From: Ruminococcus sp. CAG:382
GTDB taxonomy: Bacteria; Bacillota; Clostridia; Lachnospirales; Lachnospiraceae
Assembly: GCA_963654395.1 (NCBI GenBank)
Contig: CAVKBP010000001.1
Location: 4,064 to 68,063, forward strand
Direction: 5' to 3'
Length of the DNA stretch: 64,000 bases
The translations under genes and the position numbers were made by a program. Positions 8,912 through 19,610 of the stretch are shown piece by piece. Position 1 is the stretch's first letter, and every line of letters begins with the position of its first letter. The notes beneath the pieces were generated by a model that made no database searches, had not been told where the DNA came from, and saw nothing but the letters and a program-made list of their open reading frames with translations.

Positions 8912-10207
8912 ATGGTAAAAGCTATTGTAGGTGCTAACTGGGGTGATGAAGGAAAGGGCAAGATTACTGATATGCTTGCCGAAGAATCAGATATCATCGT
9001 AAGATTCCAGGGAGGAGCTAATGCGGGACATACTATTATCAATGATTATGGAAAGTTCGCGCTTCATCTTTTACCTTCGGGAGTCTTCTATAACCATACA
9101 ACAAGTGTCATTGGTAACGGCGTAGCTCTTAATATTCCATATCTTGTCAAGGAGTTAAAGAGCCTTACAGACCGTAATGTACCAATGCCTAAGATTCTTG
9201 TATCAGACAGGGCGCAGATACTTATGCCTTATCATGTTGCATTTGATACATATGAAGAAGCAAGACTTGCAGGTAAGTCCTTCGGCTCTACCAAGTCGGG
9301 TATTGCTCCATTCTATTCAGACAAGTATGCCAAGATTGGTTTCCAGGTTAATGAATTATTCGGAGACGAGCAGGAGCTTAAGGAAAAGATTGCCAATGTA
9401 TGTACATTAAAGAATGTTATGCTTGAGCATCTTTATCACCAGCCACTTCTTAACGAAGAAGAGATATTTAACACTCTTATGGAATATAAAGAAATGGTTA
9501 AGCCATATGTATGTGATACATCAGCATTTTTACATCAGGCACTCAAGGATGGAAAGAAGATACTGCTTGAAGGCCAGTTAGGTTCTCTTAAGGATACAGA
9601 CCATGGTATATATCCAATGGTAACTTCATCATCAACATTGGCTCCTTATGGTGCTATTGGTGCTGGTATTCCGGCTGCAGCTATTACAGATGTTGTTACA
9701 GTTGTCAAGGCATATTCTTCAGCAGTTGGTGCAGGAGCATTTGTAAGTGAAATCTTTGGTGATGAGGCTGATGAATTAAGACGCAGAGGCGGCGACGGCG
9801 GTGAGTTCGGTGCTACAACAGGTCGTCCTAGAAGAATGGGCTGGTTCGATGCAGTTGCTACACGCTACGGTGTAAGAATGCAGGGAACAACAGAGGTTGC
9901 TCTTACAGTTCTTGATGTACTTGGTTATCTTGATGAGATTCCAATGTGCGTCGGATATGAGATAGATGGCAAGGTTACTAAGGACTTCCCAACTACTCCA
10001 CAGCTTGAGAAAGCTAAGCCGGTATTAAAGACAATGCCAGGCTGGAAGTCAGATATCAGGGGAATTACAGAGTATGAGAAGCTTCCTGTAGAGTGCCGTA
10101 ACTATATTGAAGCTATTGAGCAGGAGATTGAAGCTCCTATCACAATGGTATCTAATGGTCCGGGAAGACATGAGATTATCCACAGAAAGAGCGCTCTTGC
10201 GAAATAA
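8912..10207 (+). CDS. purA: adenylosuccinate synthetase
   Basis: WGDEGKGK, QGGANAGHT, EFGATTGRPRR. Confidence 0.97.
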   Translation: MVKAIVGANWGDEGKGKITDMLAEESDIIVRFQGGANAGHTIINDYGKFALHLLPSGVFYNHTTSVIGNGVALNIPYLVKELKSLTDRNVPMPKILVSDRAQILMPYHVAFDTYEEARLAGKSFGSTKSGIAPFYSDKYAKIGFQVNELFGDEQELKEKIANVCTLKNVMLEHLYHQPLLNEEEIFNTLMEYKEMVKPYVCDTSAFLHQALKDGKKILLEGQLGSLKDTDHGIYPMVTSSSTLAPYGAIGAGIPAAAITDVVTVVKAYSSAVGAGAFVSEIFGDEADELRRRGGDGGEFGATTGRPRRMGWFDAVATRYGVRMQGTTEVALTVLDVLGYLDEIPMCVGYEIDGKVTKDFPTTPQLEKAKPVLKTMPGWKSDIRGITEYEKLPVECRNYIEAIEQEIEAPITMVSNGPGRHEIIHRKSALAK

Positions 10208-10221
10208 TAACATTTAAAATA

Positions 10222-10265
10222 ACCGTATCTGCAGCATGGTGTTGCCTTGCAGATACGGTATTTTT
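10222..10265 (+). terminator. intrinsic terminator after purA
   Basis: ACCGTATCTGCA/TGCAGATACGGT stem followed by ATTTTT. Confidence 0.8.
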
Positions 10266-10270
10266 ATGGG

Positions 10271-10477
10271 TTACTGCTTATTCCTGCCAGAAAGAATCTT
10301 ATATACAAGCATCATTGCGTATATAACTACAGGCAGTACGATATCTGTGAAAAGCAGTCCTGTAAATATCTTGTGGCAGGCTTCATTATTGATGAAAGCG
10401 AGTATTAAGGTTGCGATTATCATTATGCCCCAGAGTATGACCGCTGCCATTGCAGCAAAGCTTTTTAACCGTTTCAT
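10271..10477 (-). CDS. small two-TM membrane protein
   Basis: GGAGG RBS 8 nt before ATG; two hydrophobic helices. Confidence 0.7.
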   Translation of the reverse strand: MKRLKSFAAMAAVILWGIMIIATLILAFINNEACHKIFTGLLFTDIVLPVVIYAMMLVYKILSGRNKQ

Positions 10478-10589
10478 GTGAGTGACCTCCGACGAATAGT
10501 ACCAGCATCAAAATGCGCTGCATTCCGATACCGGACAATTACATAATATACCTTACATTGCAGGGGCGCTCAAGTAATTTATAAAAATG

Positions 10590-10617
10590 TTGCGTAACAG
10601 ATAAAAAATGTTATAAT
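10590..10617 (+). promoter_or_regulatory. sigma-A promoter (extended -10)
   Basis: TTGCGT-16 nt-TATAAT, with TG at -15/-14. Confidence 0.55.
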
Positions 10618-10686
10618 TAAATGAGGCATGGAGGCCGATGTAATTATATATAATATATCTGATTAATGAGACAGGGAGGTGTGTAT

Positions 10687-11451
10687 ATGTCAATTAATGC
10701 TTATAATGCAGGTTCAATATCAACATTATTTTCAAGCCTTAATTCATCGTCAGGCGGTACATCGTTGTCATATGGTATAGATTTTACAACTTATAATTCT
10801 ATTAAGAATGGCTCTTACAGCAAGCTGGTAAAGAAGTATTACAGCAACCAGTCGTCTGATAAGACAGACGGTACATCAGGTAAGAATAATACCAGTAAGA
10901 CAGAAAGCAGCAGTGTAGAGAAGAATAATGCAACAATGACAAGGGATAACGCTGCAGCACTTGTAGATTCTTCGTCAGAGCTTAAGAAGTATTCCTTGTG
11001 GTCTAAGGTTGATAAGACAGATAAGGATGGAAATACAACGAAGGATTATGATACGGATAAGATTGCAAAGGCGGTATCTGCATTTGCTAAGGATTATAAT
11101 TCTTTAGTATCATCTACCGGGGATTCTTCGAGCAGGTCTGTGCTTAGCAGTGCTTCTAATATGGTAAGCTATACGAAGGCTAATGCTGACCTTCTTAAGA
11201 AGATTGGTATAACTGTAGGCTCAGATAACAAGCTGACAGTTGATGAGGATAAGTTAAAGGCTTCAGATATGGCTGTAGTTAAGTCGGTATTCAAGGATTC
11301 CGGTTCTTTTGGACAGACAATATCTGCCAAGGCTTCAACTATATATGGTAATGCAGTATCACAGTTATCAGAATTATCTACTAAGAATTCTTATACCTCC
11401 AGTGGACTGTATTCATATACATCTGGTTACACATATAACCAGTACACATAA
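10687..11451 (+). CDS. Ser/Thr-rich protein with a FliD C-terminal-like segment
   Basis: KIAKAVSAFAKDYNSLV and LKKIGITVGSDNKLTVDEDKL resemble flagellar cap motifs; no signal peptide; RBS GGAGG. Confidence 0.6.
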   Translation: MSINAYNAGSISTLFSSLNSSSGGTSLSYGIDFTTYNSIKNGSYSKLVKKYYSNQSSDKTDGTSGKNNTSKTESSSVEKNNATMTRDNAAALVDSSSELKKYSLWSKVDKTDKDGNTTKDYDTDKIAKAVSAFAKDYNSLVSSTGDSSSRSVLSSASNMVSYTKANADLLKKIGITVGSDNKLTVDEDKLKASDMAVVKSVFKDSGSFGQTISAKASTIYGNAVSQLSELSTKNSYTSSGLYSYTSGYTYNQYT

Positions 11452-11479
11452 TTAATATTTTGAAAGGTAACAATCAGAC

Positions 11480-11986
11480 ATGGCATTATTAGAAACATGG
11501 AGAAAACTCGCATACGAGACAGAGATGGATCAGAAGAACTCTTCAGAATTCTGGGGTTCTTATTTTAATCAGGAGAAGGCTATCTATGAGCAGATTCTTG
11601 CAGATCCTGATACAGTAGTTAAGGGAACTGTTAAGGAATTAGCAGAGAAGTTCGGAGTTGAAGTGCTTCTTATGACTGGCTTCCTGGATGGTATCAATGA
11701 CAGCTTAAAGACTCCTAATCCAATTGAAACTATGGATGAGAATACAGAGGTTAGTCTTGATTATGATAAGGAAAAGCTTTATTACAACATGGTAGGCTGC
11801 AAGGCTGACTGGCTTTATGAATTACCACAGTGGGATAACCTTCTTGATGAAAAGACAAGAAAAGACCTCTACAAGAAGCAGAAGCTTTCTGGTACTGTTG
11901 TCAAGGGCAAGAAGATTGGAAGAAATGATCCATGCCCATGCGGAAGCGGAAAGAAATATAAGCAGTGCTGTGGAAAGAATGCATAG
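11480..11986 (+). CDS. SEC-C metal-binding domain protein
   Basis: C-terminal [21 protein letters not shown]. Confidence 0.9.
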   Translation: MALLETWRKLAYETEMDQKNSSEFWGSYFNQEKAIYEQILADPDTVVKGTVKELAEKFGVEVLLMTGFLDGINDSLKTPNPIETMDENTEVSLDYDKEKLYYNMVGCKADWLYELPQWDNLLDEKTRKDLYKKQKLSGTVVKGKKIGRNDPCPCGSGKKYKQCCGKNA

Positions 11987-11999
11987 CTTTAAACAATTA

Positions 12000-12027
12000 G
12001 ACCTGCCAGATAATGGCAGGTCATTTT
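12000..12027 (+). terminator. intrinsic terminator
   Basis: GACCTGCCA/TGGCAGGTC stem + ATTTT. Confidence 0.65.
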
Positions 12028-12138
12028 AATATAGAGTGAATTTATCTGGAACTTGTCTCTGAACAGATACATGATTTAATGCAGGAGGCATTGCAGAATG
12101 GAGATAGTGTGAAAAGCAGGCAGGAAGGGAGGATTGCT

Positions 12139-12885
12139 ATGGAAGCATATACAGGCTTTGCTTATGTTTATGATGAATATATGGATAATATTCCATATGA
12201 GGAATGGGGGCAGTATATGATTGCTCTTCTTAAGGGAAATGGGGTGTCAGGAGATGCATCAGTGCTTGAATTAGGCTGTGGAACAGGAACGGTTACAAGA
12301 ATGCTTGCTAAGGAAGGCTATGAGTGTGTCGGGCTTGATATGTCGGAGGATATGCTGTCTATCGCTTCTGAAAAAACATTTGAAGAGGGTTCACAGGTTA
12401 TATATACCTGTCAGGATATGAGGGATTTCGAGGTGCCTTACGAGGTCGACGCGATGATAAGTATAGGCGATTCGATGAATTATATTACATCAGTTCCTGA
12501 CCTTGAAAATGTATTTGGATGTGTTAACGGGAACCTGAAAAAAGGCGGTGTGTTTATATTTGATTTAAAGACGATACATTTCTTTAAGGATATACTTGCT
12601 GAGAATACCTATGCCGAGAACAGGGAAGATTCCGCATTTATATGGGACAATTATTATGATGAGGAAGAGCGCAACAATGAATATGAGCTTGCTGTGTTTG
12701 TTAAAAATGATGACGGAACCTTTGACAGATTCGAAGAACAGCACTACCAGCATGGCTTTACTATAGATGAGGTTACGGGTGCGGCAAAGAGGGCTGGACT
12801 TACTGTGAAAAATGTGTATAATGCATTTACTAAGGACGAACCTGATGGCGAGTCAGAAAGATTATATTTTGTGATTGAGAAATGA
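12139..12885 (+). CDS. class I SAM-dependent methyltransferase
   Basis: VLELGCGTG, GLDMSEDML, LKKGGVFIFD. Confidence 0.9.
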   Translation: MEAYTGFAYVYDEYMDNIPYEEWGQYMIALLKGNGVSGDASVLELGCGTGTVTRMLAKEGYECVGLDMSEDMLSIASEKTFEEGSQVIYTCQDMRDFEVPYEVDAMISIGDSMNYITSVPDLENVFGCVNGNLKKGGVFIFDLKTIHFFKDILAENTYAENREDSAFIWDNYYDEEERNNEYELAVFVKNDDGTFDRFEEQHYQHGFTIDEVTGAAKRAGLTVKNVYNAFTKDEPDGESERLYFVIEK

Positions 12886-12927
12886 TGTTGAGATGCCCTG
12901 AAAAACGGGCAGGAATGGAGGTTTATT

Positions 12928-13806
12928 ATGGGTGATTATATTGTCAGGGCTACGGCGGCAGGCGGACAGGTAAGGGCTTTCGCTGCTACAACTAAGGAGC
13001 TTGTTGAAGAGGCAAGAAAAAGACACGAGATGAGTCCTATTGCAACGGTTGCGCTTGGAAGACTTCTTACAGGTGGTGCAATGATGGGCGCAATGATGAA
13101 AAATGATGCAGATATTCTTACTGTACAGATTAAGGGAAATGGTCCGATTGGAAGCATGACTGTTACAGCTAATCCTAAGGGAGAGGTTAAGGGCTTTGTC
13201 AGCAATCCGCAGGTAATGCTTCCGCTTAAGGACGGAAAGCTTGATATAGCTGACGCGGTAGGAATTGGTGTGTTGAGTGTAATTAAGGATATCGGGCTTA
13301 AAGAGCCATATGTTGGTGATACTATTCTTATCACAAGTGAGATTGCAGATGACCTTACATATTATTTTGCTAACAGTGAGCAGGTTCCCTCTTCGGTAGG
13401 ACTTGGTGTTCTTATGAATAAGGACAATATTGTTGAGCAGGCAGGCGGATTTATTATCCAGCTTATGCCGGGGGCTACGGATGAATTTATTGACAAGCTT
13501 GAGGCAAGGATTAAGGAGATTAAGTCTGTGACAGCAATGCTTGAGGAGGGAATGACTCCGGAGCAGATATTAGAGCATATTCTTGGAGATATGGAGCTTG
13601 AGATTCTTGATACTGTTCCAACGAGGTTTTACTGTAACTGCTCTAAGGACAGAGTAAGCAAGGCTGTTATCAGCGTTGGCAGGGAAGAGATAAAGAAGAT
13701 GATTGACGAGGGAAAAACCATTGAGGTCAACTGTCATTTCTGTAATTCTCATTATACATTTACAGTGGATGAGCTTAAGGAAATGTATGACTGCTGTACA
13801 AGATAA
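12928..13806 (+). CDS. hslO: Hsp33 redox-regulated chaperone
   Basis: YFANSEQVPS, AGGFIIQLMPG, CNC...CHFC zinc centre. Confidence 0.95.
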   Translation: MGDYIVRATAAGGQVRAFAATTKELVEEARKRHEMSPIATVALGRLLTGGAMMGAMMKNDADILTVQIKGNGPIGSMTVTANPKGEVKGFVSNPQVMLPLKDGKLDIADAVGIGVLSVIKDIGLKEPYVGDTILITSEIADDLTYYFANSEQVPSSVGLGVLMNKDNIVEQAGGFIIQLMPGATDEFIDKLEARIKEIKSVTAMLEEGMTPEQILEHILGDMELEILDTVPTRFYCNCSKDRVSKAVISVGREEIKKMIDEGKTIEVNCHFCNSHYTFTVDELKEMYDCCTR

Positions 13807-13829
13807 ATATTTGGCTGACGGAGGTACAC

Positions 13830-14342
13830 ATGAATAATATTATACTTATAGGCATGCCGGGAAGCGGAAAAAGCTCGCTGGGAGTAGTTCTTGCCAAGAA
13901 GATAGGATTTGGATTTATTGACTCTGACCTGGTTATTCAGGAAAGAGAGGGAATGACTCTTGAAAGAATTATTGAGAAGCATGGAGATGCTGGCTTTATC
14001 CAGATTGAAAATGATGTGAATTGCTCTATCAATCCGCACCATACTGTTATTGCAACAGGTGGAAGCGCGGTGTATGGCAAGGAGGCAATGGAACATTTTA
14101 AGGATATCGGAACAGTTGTATATCTAGAGCTTCCGATGGACTCACTTGAGGAAAGACTTGGAAGCCTTAAGGAGCGCGGCGTTGTGTCTAATGGAAAGAC
14201 AACTGTTGAAGAGATATATGCGGACAGGGCAGCGCTGTACAAGAAGTATGCAGATATTACACTTAATGAGCAGGGCAAGCAGATAAGGGAAACTGTGGAA
14301 ATGCTGTATGACATTATAATGAACAAGGACCGGTATAATTAA
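13830..14342 (+). CDS. aroK: shikimate kinase
   Basis: GMPGSGKS P-loop, DSD, IATGGS. Confidence 0.9.
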   Translation: MNNIILIGMPGSGKSSLGVVLAKKIGFGFIDSDLVIQEREGMTLERIIEKHGDAGFIQIENDVNCSINPHHTVIATGGSAVYGKEAMEHFKDIGTVVYLELPMDSLEERLGSLKERGVVSNGKTTVEEIYADRAALYKKYADITLNEQGKQIRETVEMLYDIIMNKDRYN

Positions 14343-14412
14343 ACAACTGGTTGAACAATACAGGAAATTGGAGTACAATGATTTCTACATTTAAAGATGA
14401 GAAACACAAGGA

Positions 14413-14532
14413 GCTGGTGTGAAAAATCAAAGATTTTCGCACTATGCTCTGAAAAACGAGCAAGAATGGAGGCTGGTGTGAAAAATCAAAGTTTTTTCGT
14501 ACTATGCTTAAATAAAGCAGGCAAGAATGGAG
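14413..14532. repeat. 59-bp tandem duplication containing family C hairpin and RBS
   Basis: GCTGGTGTGAAAAATCAAAG(A/T)TTTTCG(C/T)ACTATGCT...GCAAGAATGGAGG occurs twice (hairpins start at 14417 and 14476). Confidence 0.85.
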
Positions 14533-14538
14533 GATGTT

Positions 14539-16215
14539 ATGGAAAACGAAGCTCTTTCAAAGAACTTTATTGAACAGATTATAGATAAGGATATTGAGAG
14601 TGGCCACTGTAAGAAGGTCATTACAAGATTTCCACCGGAACCTAATGGATATCTTCATATCGGACATGCCAAGTCTATATTATTAAACTATGGACTCGCA
14701 AAGGAATATGGCGGACAGTTCAATATGAGATTTGATGATACTAATCCTACCAAGGAAAAGGTTGAATTCGTGGATTCAATCAAGGCAGATGTAGAGTGGC
14801 TTGGCGCTGAGTGGAATGGTGATGTGCTTTTTGCCTCTGATTATTTTCCACAGATGTACGAGGCAGCCATAAGACTTATTAAGAAGGGTAAGGCTTATGT
14901 TGATGATTTATCTGCTGAGGAAATCAGGCAGTATAGAGGAACTCTTACTGAACCGGGTAAGGAAAGCCCATACAGAAACCGTTCTGTAGAAGAAAATCTC
15001 CAGCTTTTTGAAGAGATGAAGGAAGGAAAATATGCAGACGGCGCTAAGGTTTTAAGAGCTAAGATTGACATGGCATCTCCTAACATTAACATGAGAGATC
15101 CAGTTATTTACAGAGTTGCACATATGTCACACCACAGAACAGGTGATGAGTGGTGTATTTATCCTATGTATGATTTTGCACATCCTATCGAGGACGCGGT
15201 TGAGGGAATTACACATTCTATCTGTACTCTGGAGTTTGAGGATCACAGACCACTCTATGACTGGGTTGTGATTGAGACAGGATATAAGACAGCTCCGGAC
15301 GAGAATCCTAAGCAGATAGAATTTGCAAAGCTATACCTTACTAATGTTGTAACTGGTAAAAGATACATCAAGAAGCTTGTAGAGGATGGAATAGTTGACG
15401 GATGGGATGATCCAAGACTTGTATCTATCGCTGCATTAAGAAGAAGAGGATTTACTCCAGATGCTATTAAGATGTTCGTTGAGCTTGTTGGTGTTACCAA
15501 GGCACAGGGTTCAGTTGAATATCCAATGCTTGAATACTGCATAAGGGAAGACTTAAAGCTTAAGGTTAAGAGAATGATGGCTGTTCTTGATCCGGTTAAG
15601 CTTGTTATTGATAATTATCCTGATAATCAGGTTGAATATATGGAAGTGGCTAATAATCAGGAAAATCCGGAGATGGGAACAAGAAAGGTTCCATTCACTA
15701 AGGAGCTTTACATTGAGAGAGAGGACTTCATGGAAGAGCCTCCTAAGAAGTATTTCAGACTTTTCCCTGGCAATGAAGTGCGCCTTATGAATGCATATTT
15801 TGTTACATGCACAGATTTTGTCAAGGATGAGAACGGAAAGGTTATTGAAGTACACTGCACTTATGATCCGGAAACTAAGGGCGGCAATTTCACAGGCCGC
15901 AAGGTTAAGGGAACTATACACTGGGTATCTGCTACAGAGGGCTGTAAGGCAGAGGTGAGATTATACGAGAATATCGTAGATGAAGAAAAAGGCGTATACA
16001 ATGAAGAAGACGGGTCTATGAATATCAATCCGAATTCTAAGACAGTACTGACAGAATGTTATCTTGAGCCGGAGCTTATGAATGCAGTGAGTGAGGATAA
16101 GTTCCAGTTTGTAAGAAACGGCTATTTCTGTGTCGATAATAAGGATTCTAAGCCGGGTGTGCCTGTATTTAACAGGATAGTTTCACTCAAGAGCTCATTC
16201 AAATTACAGAAATAG
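14539..16215 (+). CDS. glnS: glutamine--tRNA ligase
   Basis: [47 protein letters not shown]. Confidence 0.96.
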   Translation: MENEALSKNFIEQIIDKDIESGHCKKVITRFPPEPNGYLHIGHAKSILLNYGLAKEYGGQFNMRFDDTNPTKEKVEFVDSIKADVEWLGAEWNGDVLFASDYFPQMYEAAIRLIKKGKAYVDDLSAEEIRQYRGTLTEPGKESPYRNRSVEENLQLFEEMKEGKYADGAKVLRAKIDMASPNINMRDPVIYRVAHMSHHRTGDEWCIYPMYDFAHPIEDAVEGITHSICTLEFEDHRPLYDWVVIETGYKTAPDENPKQIEFAKLYLTNVVTGKRYIKKLVEDGIVDGWDDPRLVSIAALRRRGFTPDAIKMFVELVGVTKAQGSVEYPMLEYCIREDLKLKVKRMMAVLDPVKLVIDNYPDNQVEYMEVANNQENPEMGTRKVPFTKELYIEREDFMEEPPKKYFRLFPGNEVRLMNAYFVTCTDFVKDENGKVIEVHCTYDPETKGGNFTGRKVKGTIHWVSATEGCKAEVRLYENIVDEEKGVYNEEDGSMNINPNSKTVLTECYLEPELMNAVSEDKFQFVRNGYFCVDNKDSKPGVPVFNRIVSLKSSFKLQK

Positions 16216-16228
16216 TGAGGTTGTCTTA

Positions 16229-16960
16229 ATGGAAGCTGGTGGACAAAAGAGGGAAGCAGACTACATTTTTGATAAGACTGTCAAATGTGATGTATGTGGA
16301 AAAGAATTTAAAACCAAGCAGATAAGGACAGGCAGAGTGCGCTTTATCGGGACGGATGAGGTGTTAAAGCCTTTATATGAGGGCGTAGATACATGCAAAT
16401 ACGATATAATACTATGCCCTCACTGCGGCTATGCCGCCTCACAGCGCAGCTATGGACATATTACCTCCAGGCAGAGAAAGGCAATCCGTGAGAATGTTGA
16501 ACCGAGATTCAAGGCAAAAGAGGCTGATACGGAAACCTATTCTTATGAGAGAGCTGTAAAGCGCTGCAAGATGGCTATGCTGTCACAGATGGTAATGGGC
16601 GGTAAGATAAGTGAGAGCGCATATCTGTGCCTTAAGCTGGCATGGCTGTACAGGGGCGAAATAGCTGAGGCAGAGAATAACGGAGCTTCACAGGCTGATA
16701 TTGACAGATATCACCAGTATGAGCATGAATATCTGGAAGCTGCATTTAAAGGCTTTAAGCAGGCACTTGAGACTGAATATCCGCCGATAGCAGGTATGGA
16801 TGAGATGACTATATATTATCTTCTTACAAGCATAGCTGCTGAATGTGGCAATATAGAAGAGGCAAAACGGTATGGCTCTTCTGTAATTATCTCAAGGACG
16901 GCAAGCGTTAAATTAAAGAATAAGACAAGAAATGTATTGGAGAGTATTAAAAACAATTAG
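16229..16960 (+). CDS. DUF2225-like Zn-ribbon/TPR protein
   Basis: CDVC...CPHCGYA, YLCLKLAWLYR. Confidence 0.8.
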   Translation: MEAGGQKREADYIFDKTVKCDVCGKEFKTKQIRTGRVRFIGTDEVLKPLYEGVDTCKYDIILCPHCGYAASQRSYGHITSRQRKAIRENVEPRFKAKEADTETYSYERAVKRCKMAMLSQMVMGGKISESAYLCLKLAWLYRGEIAEAENNGASQADIDRYHQYEHEYLEAAFKGFKQALETEYPPIAGMDEMTIYYLLTSIAAECGNIEEAKRYGSSVIISRTASVKLKNKTRNVLESIKNN

Positions 16961-16983
16961 CACTAAAGGGGTGTACAATCATT

Positions 16984-19002
16984 ATGAACAAAGTTAAAAG
17001 CTTTTTACAGAAGATATGGACCTATGATCTGGTTCATACGGCAGTATATTCTATGATGCTTGAATTAGTGGTTGAATGTTTTAACAGAAGAGGGGTAATG
17101 GGGCTTGCATTTCCGTTTACGCACCCGGTTATCTATATATACAATACACTTATTATAATGACCAGTATGACAATTGCCCTGTTTTTCAGAAGAAGAGTTT
17201 TTGCATATTGTGTGGTTTCTGTCGTCTGGATAGGCTTGTCACTGACTAATTTTATAATACTTTCCTCGAGAAAAACGCCGTTTACGGCGATGGATTTTTA
17301 TCTGATTAAGGACGCAATAAAGGTTGCAGGCTTATATGTAAGCGTTGTGCAGATTATACTTATTGCATTGCTTGTCATAGCTGTAATTACCGGTCTTGTT
17401 TTTTTGTGGAGAAAGGCACCCAAACTGGAGGTGACAATGAGAAAAACAAAGTTCATTGCATATGCAGCAGTACAGATGGTGCTTGTATTTCTTGCTGCCT
17501 ATGGAATGGGAATAACACTTCTGTTTACCGGAGTTGTCGAGAGCCATTTTGGAAATCTTGCACAGGCATATAAAAAATATGGCTTCAGCCATTGCTTTGT
17601 GAATAGTGTATTAGACCGCGGAATCAAGAAATCCAGTGAGTATTCGGAAGAGTATATAGAATCCTTGAAGAAGGATCTTGATGAGGACAATGACGATGAT
17701 GGTGAGACAGAGGTCGGAGTAAGTGAGAATACACCTAATATTATATTTGTCCAGTTAGAATCATTTTTTGATCCAACACATGTCAAGGGAATTACAATGT
17801 CAGAGAATCCGCTTCCTAATTTCCAGAAGCTTGTAGCTGAGTGTTCTTCGGGATATCTGTCAGTGCCTTGCTTTGGTGCAGGAACCTGCAATACGGAATT
17901 CGAGGTCCAGACAGGAATTAATATTGATGATTTCGGACCGGGAGAATATCCGTACAGAACTATCATGAAATCAAAGGTGTGTGAATCAATGGCGTATGAC
18001 CTTAAAAAGCTGGGATATTCCACACATGCAATCCACAATAATGATGGAACATTTTATGGCAGAAATGTTGTATTTTCACATCTTGGATATGAAACATTTA
18101 CATCAATTGAATATATGGACGGAATAGAAGAGACTCCGACGGGATGGGCAAAGGATAAGATTCTTACTGGCGAGATTACTAAAGCGCTGGATTCCACAGA
18201 CGGAACAGATTATGTATTTACGATTTCTGTACAGGGACATGGCGACTATCCCTCTACACCAGTAGAAGGATACACGCCGGAGATTAAGGTTACTGAGTTT
18301 CCTGTTGCCGAACAGCAGACAGCATTTGAGTATTATGTGAATCAGATTCACGAGATGGATGATTTCATAGGAGAGCTTATCCAGACATTGTCAGAAAGAG
18401 ATGAGGAGACTGTGCTTGTGCTGTATGGCGATCATCTGCCTACCTTTGACTTTACAGACGATATGCTCACCAATGGAGATAAATACCAGACACAGTATGT
18501 TATCTGGAGTAATTTCGATATGGACAGACAGGAAAAGAATCTGCAGGCATACCAGCTATCAGCATATGTGATGGAAAGACTTGGCATGTCAGAGGGATAT
18601 ATTATGAAATATCATCAGACAAAGCAGAATCTTCCGGAAGATGAATATCTTAAGAATCTTAAAATCCTTGAATATGATATCCTTTATGGCAAGAAGGAAA
18701 TCTATGGAGGAGAGACACCATATGAGGCAACGAATCTTAAGATGGGCATTGATGACATTGATATAACTGATGTCTATAATTATAACGATACCGTATTTAT
18801 TGAGGGCAACAATTTCAATGATTACAGTTGTGTCATGATTAATGGAAAAGAGTATGCCGCGGAGAAGATAAGCGATCGCCTTTTAAGGGTTAAGGGAACG
18901 AATGTCAAGGAAAATGACGAGGTTGTTGTGGCACAGAAGGGCGACGATAAAGTGGAGCTTAGCAGGACATCATTTACGGTAAAGCAGCAGAAGAAGAAAT
19001 AG
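16984..19002 (+). CDS. LTA synthase family protein
   Basis: Five N-terminal TMs, PNIIFVQLESF, GAGTCNTEF, SVQGHG, YGDHLP. Confidence 0.9.
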   Translation: MNKVKSFLQKIWTYDLVHTAVYSMMLELVVECFNRRGVMGLAFPFTHPVIYIYNTLIIMTSMTIALFFRRRVFAYCVVSVVWIGLSLTNFIILSSRKTPFTAMDFYLIKDAIKVAGLYVSVVQIILIALLVIAVITGLVFLWRKAPKLEVTMRKTKFIAYAAVQMVLVFLAAYGMGITLLFTGVVESHFGNLAQAYKKYGFSHCFVNSVLDRGIKKSSEYSEEYIESLKKDLDEDNDDDGETEVGVSENTPNIIFVQLESFFDPTHVKGITMSENPLPNFQKLVAECSSGYLSVPCFGAGTCNTEFEVQTGINIDDFGPGEYPYRTIMKSKVCESMAYDLKKLGYSTHAIHNNDGTFYGRNVVFSHLGYETFTSIEYMDGIEETPTGWAKDKILTGEITKALDSTDGTDYVFTISVQGHGDYPSTPVEGYTPEIKVTEFPVAEQQTAFEYYVNQIHEMDDFIGELIQTLSERDEETVLVLYGDHLPTFDFTDDMLTNGDKYQTQYVIWSNFDMDRQEKNLQAYQLSAYVMERLGMSEGYIMKYHQTKQNLPEDEYLKNLKILEYDILYGKKEIYGGETPYEATNLKMGIDDIDITDVYNYNDTVFIEGNNFNDYSCVMINGKEYAAEKISDRLLRVKGTNVKENDEVVVAQKGDDKVELSRTSFTVKQQKKK

Positions 19003-19144
19003 TTACTGTTCACTCGTACCTCGTTCCAGTAACTATTCGCAGACTCATTCTAAGTTTTTGCTCCGCAAAAGGAGTCTGCTCACTCCTGAATCACTTTCTT
19101 ACGCAGTAAAACAGCAAGTGTTTTACTGCTGAGTGAACAGTAAC
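19002..19144. mobile_element. 143-bp MITE-like element (family A variant) with 8-bp TSD
   Basis: TIR GTTACTGTTCACTC/GAGTGAACAGTAAC; AAGAAATA at 18994-19001 and 19145-19152; internal hairpins. Confidence 0.85.
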
Positions 19145-19183
19145 AAGAAATAGCTGTAACATCAGCAAATGTGCCATCATTCA

Positions 19184-19212
19184 TTGACAGCAGGAATCTG
19201 AAATGTTAATAT
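19184..19212 (+). promoter_or_regulatory. sigma-A promoter of csp
   Basis: TTGACA-17 nt-TAATAT with extended TG. Confidence 0.7.
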
Positions 19213-19258
19213 TAGTAAGGTGTTTCAAACACCAAGATTTTTTTTGGAGGTACTTGAA

Positions 19259-19456
19259 ATGAAGGGTACAGTTAAGTGGTTCAACAACCAGAAGGGTTAC
19301 GGCTTTATCAGTGATGAGTCAGGAAAGGATGTATTCGTACATTATTCAGGACTTAACATGGAAGGCTTCAAGTCTTTAGAGGAAGGCGCTCAGGTTGAGT
19401 TTGATGTAACAGAAGGCGCTAAAGGTCCTCAGGCTGTTAATGTAACAAAATTATAA
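19259..19456 (+). CDS. csp: cold-shock protein
   Basis: [27 protein letters not shown]. Confidence 0.97.
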   Translation: MKGTVKWFNNQKGYGFISDESGKDVFVHYSGLNMEGFKSLEEGAQVEFDVTEGAKGPQAVNVTKL

Positions 19457-19527
19457 TCGGTTGTTTGCAGTGTGCCTTTTTTATATTATATATAGAAAGA
19501 TATATTGTTACACAATAGGATTATGGG

Positions 19528-19560
19528 GGCGGTCACAATAGTTAGTTGACCGCCTTTTTT
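19528..19560 (+). terminator. intrinsic terminator after csp
   Basis: GGCGGTCA/TGACCGCC + T6. Confidence 0.75.
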
Positions 19561-19610
19561 CACTTTATAGGATAGTCTGTAATATATTAAGAAATATAAT
19601 TGGAGGTTTT

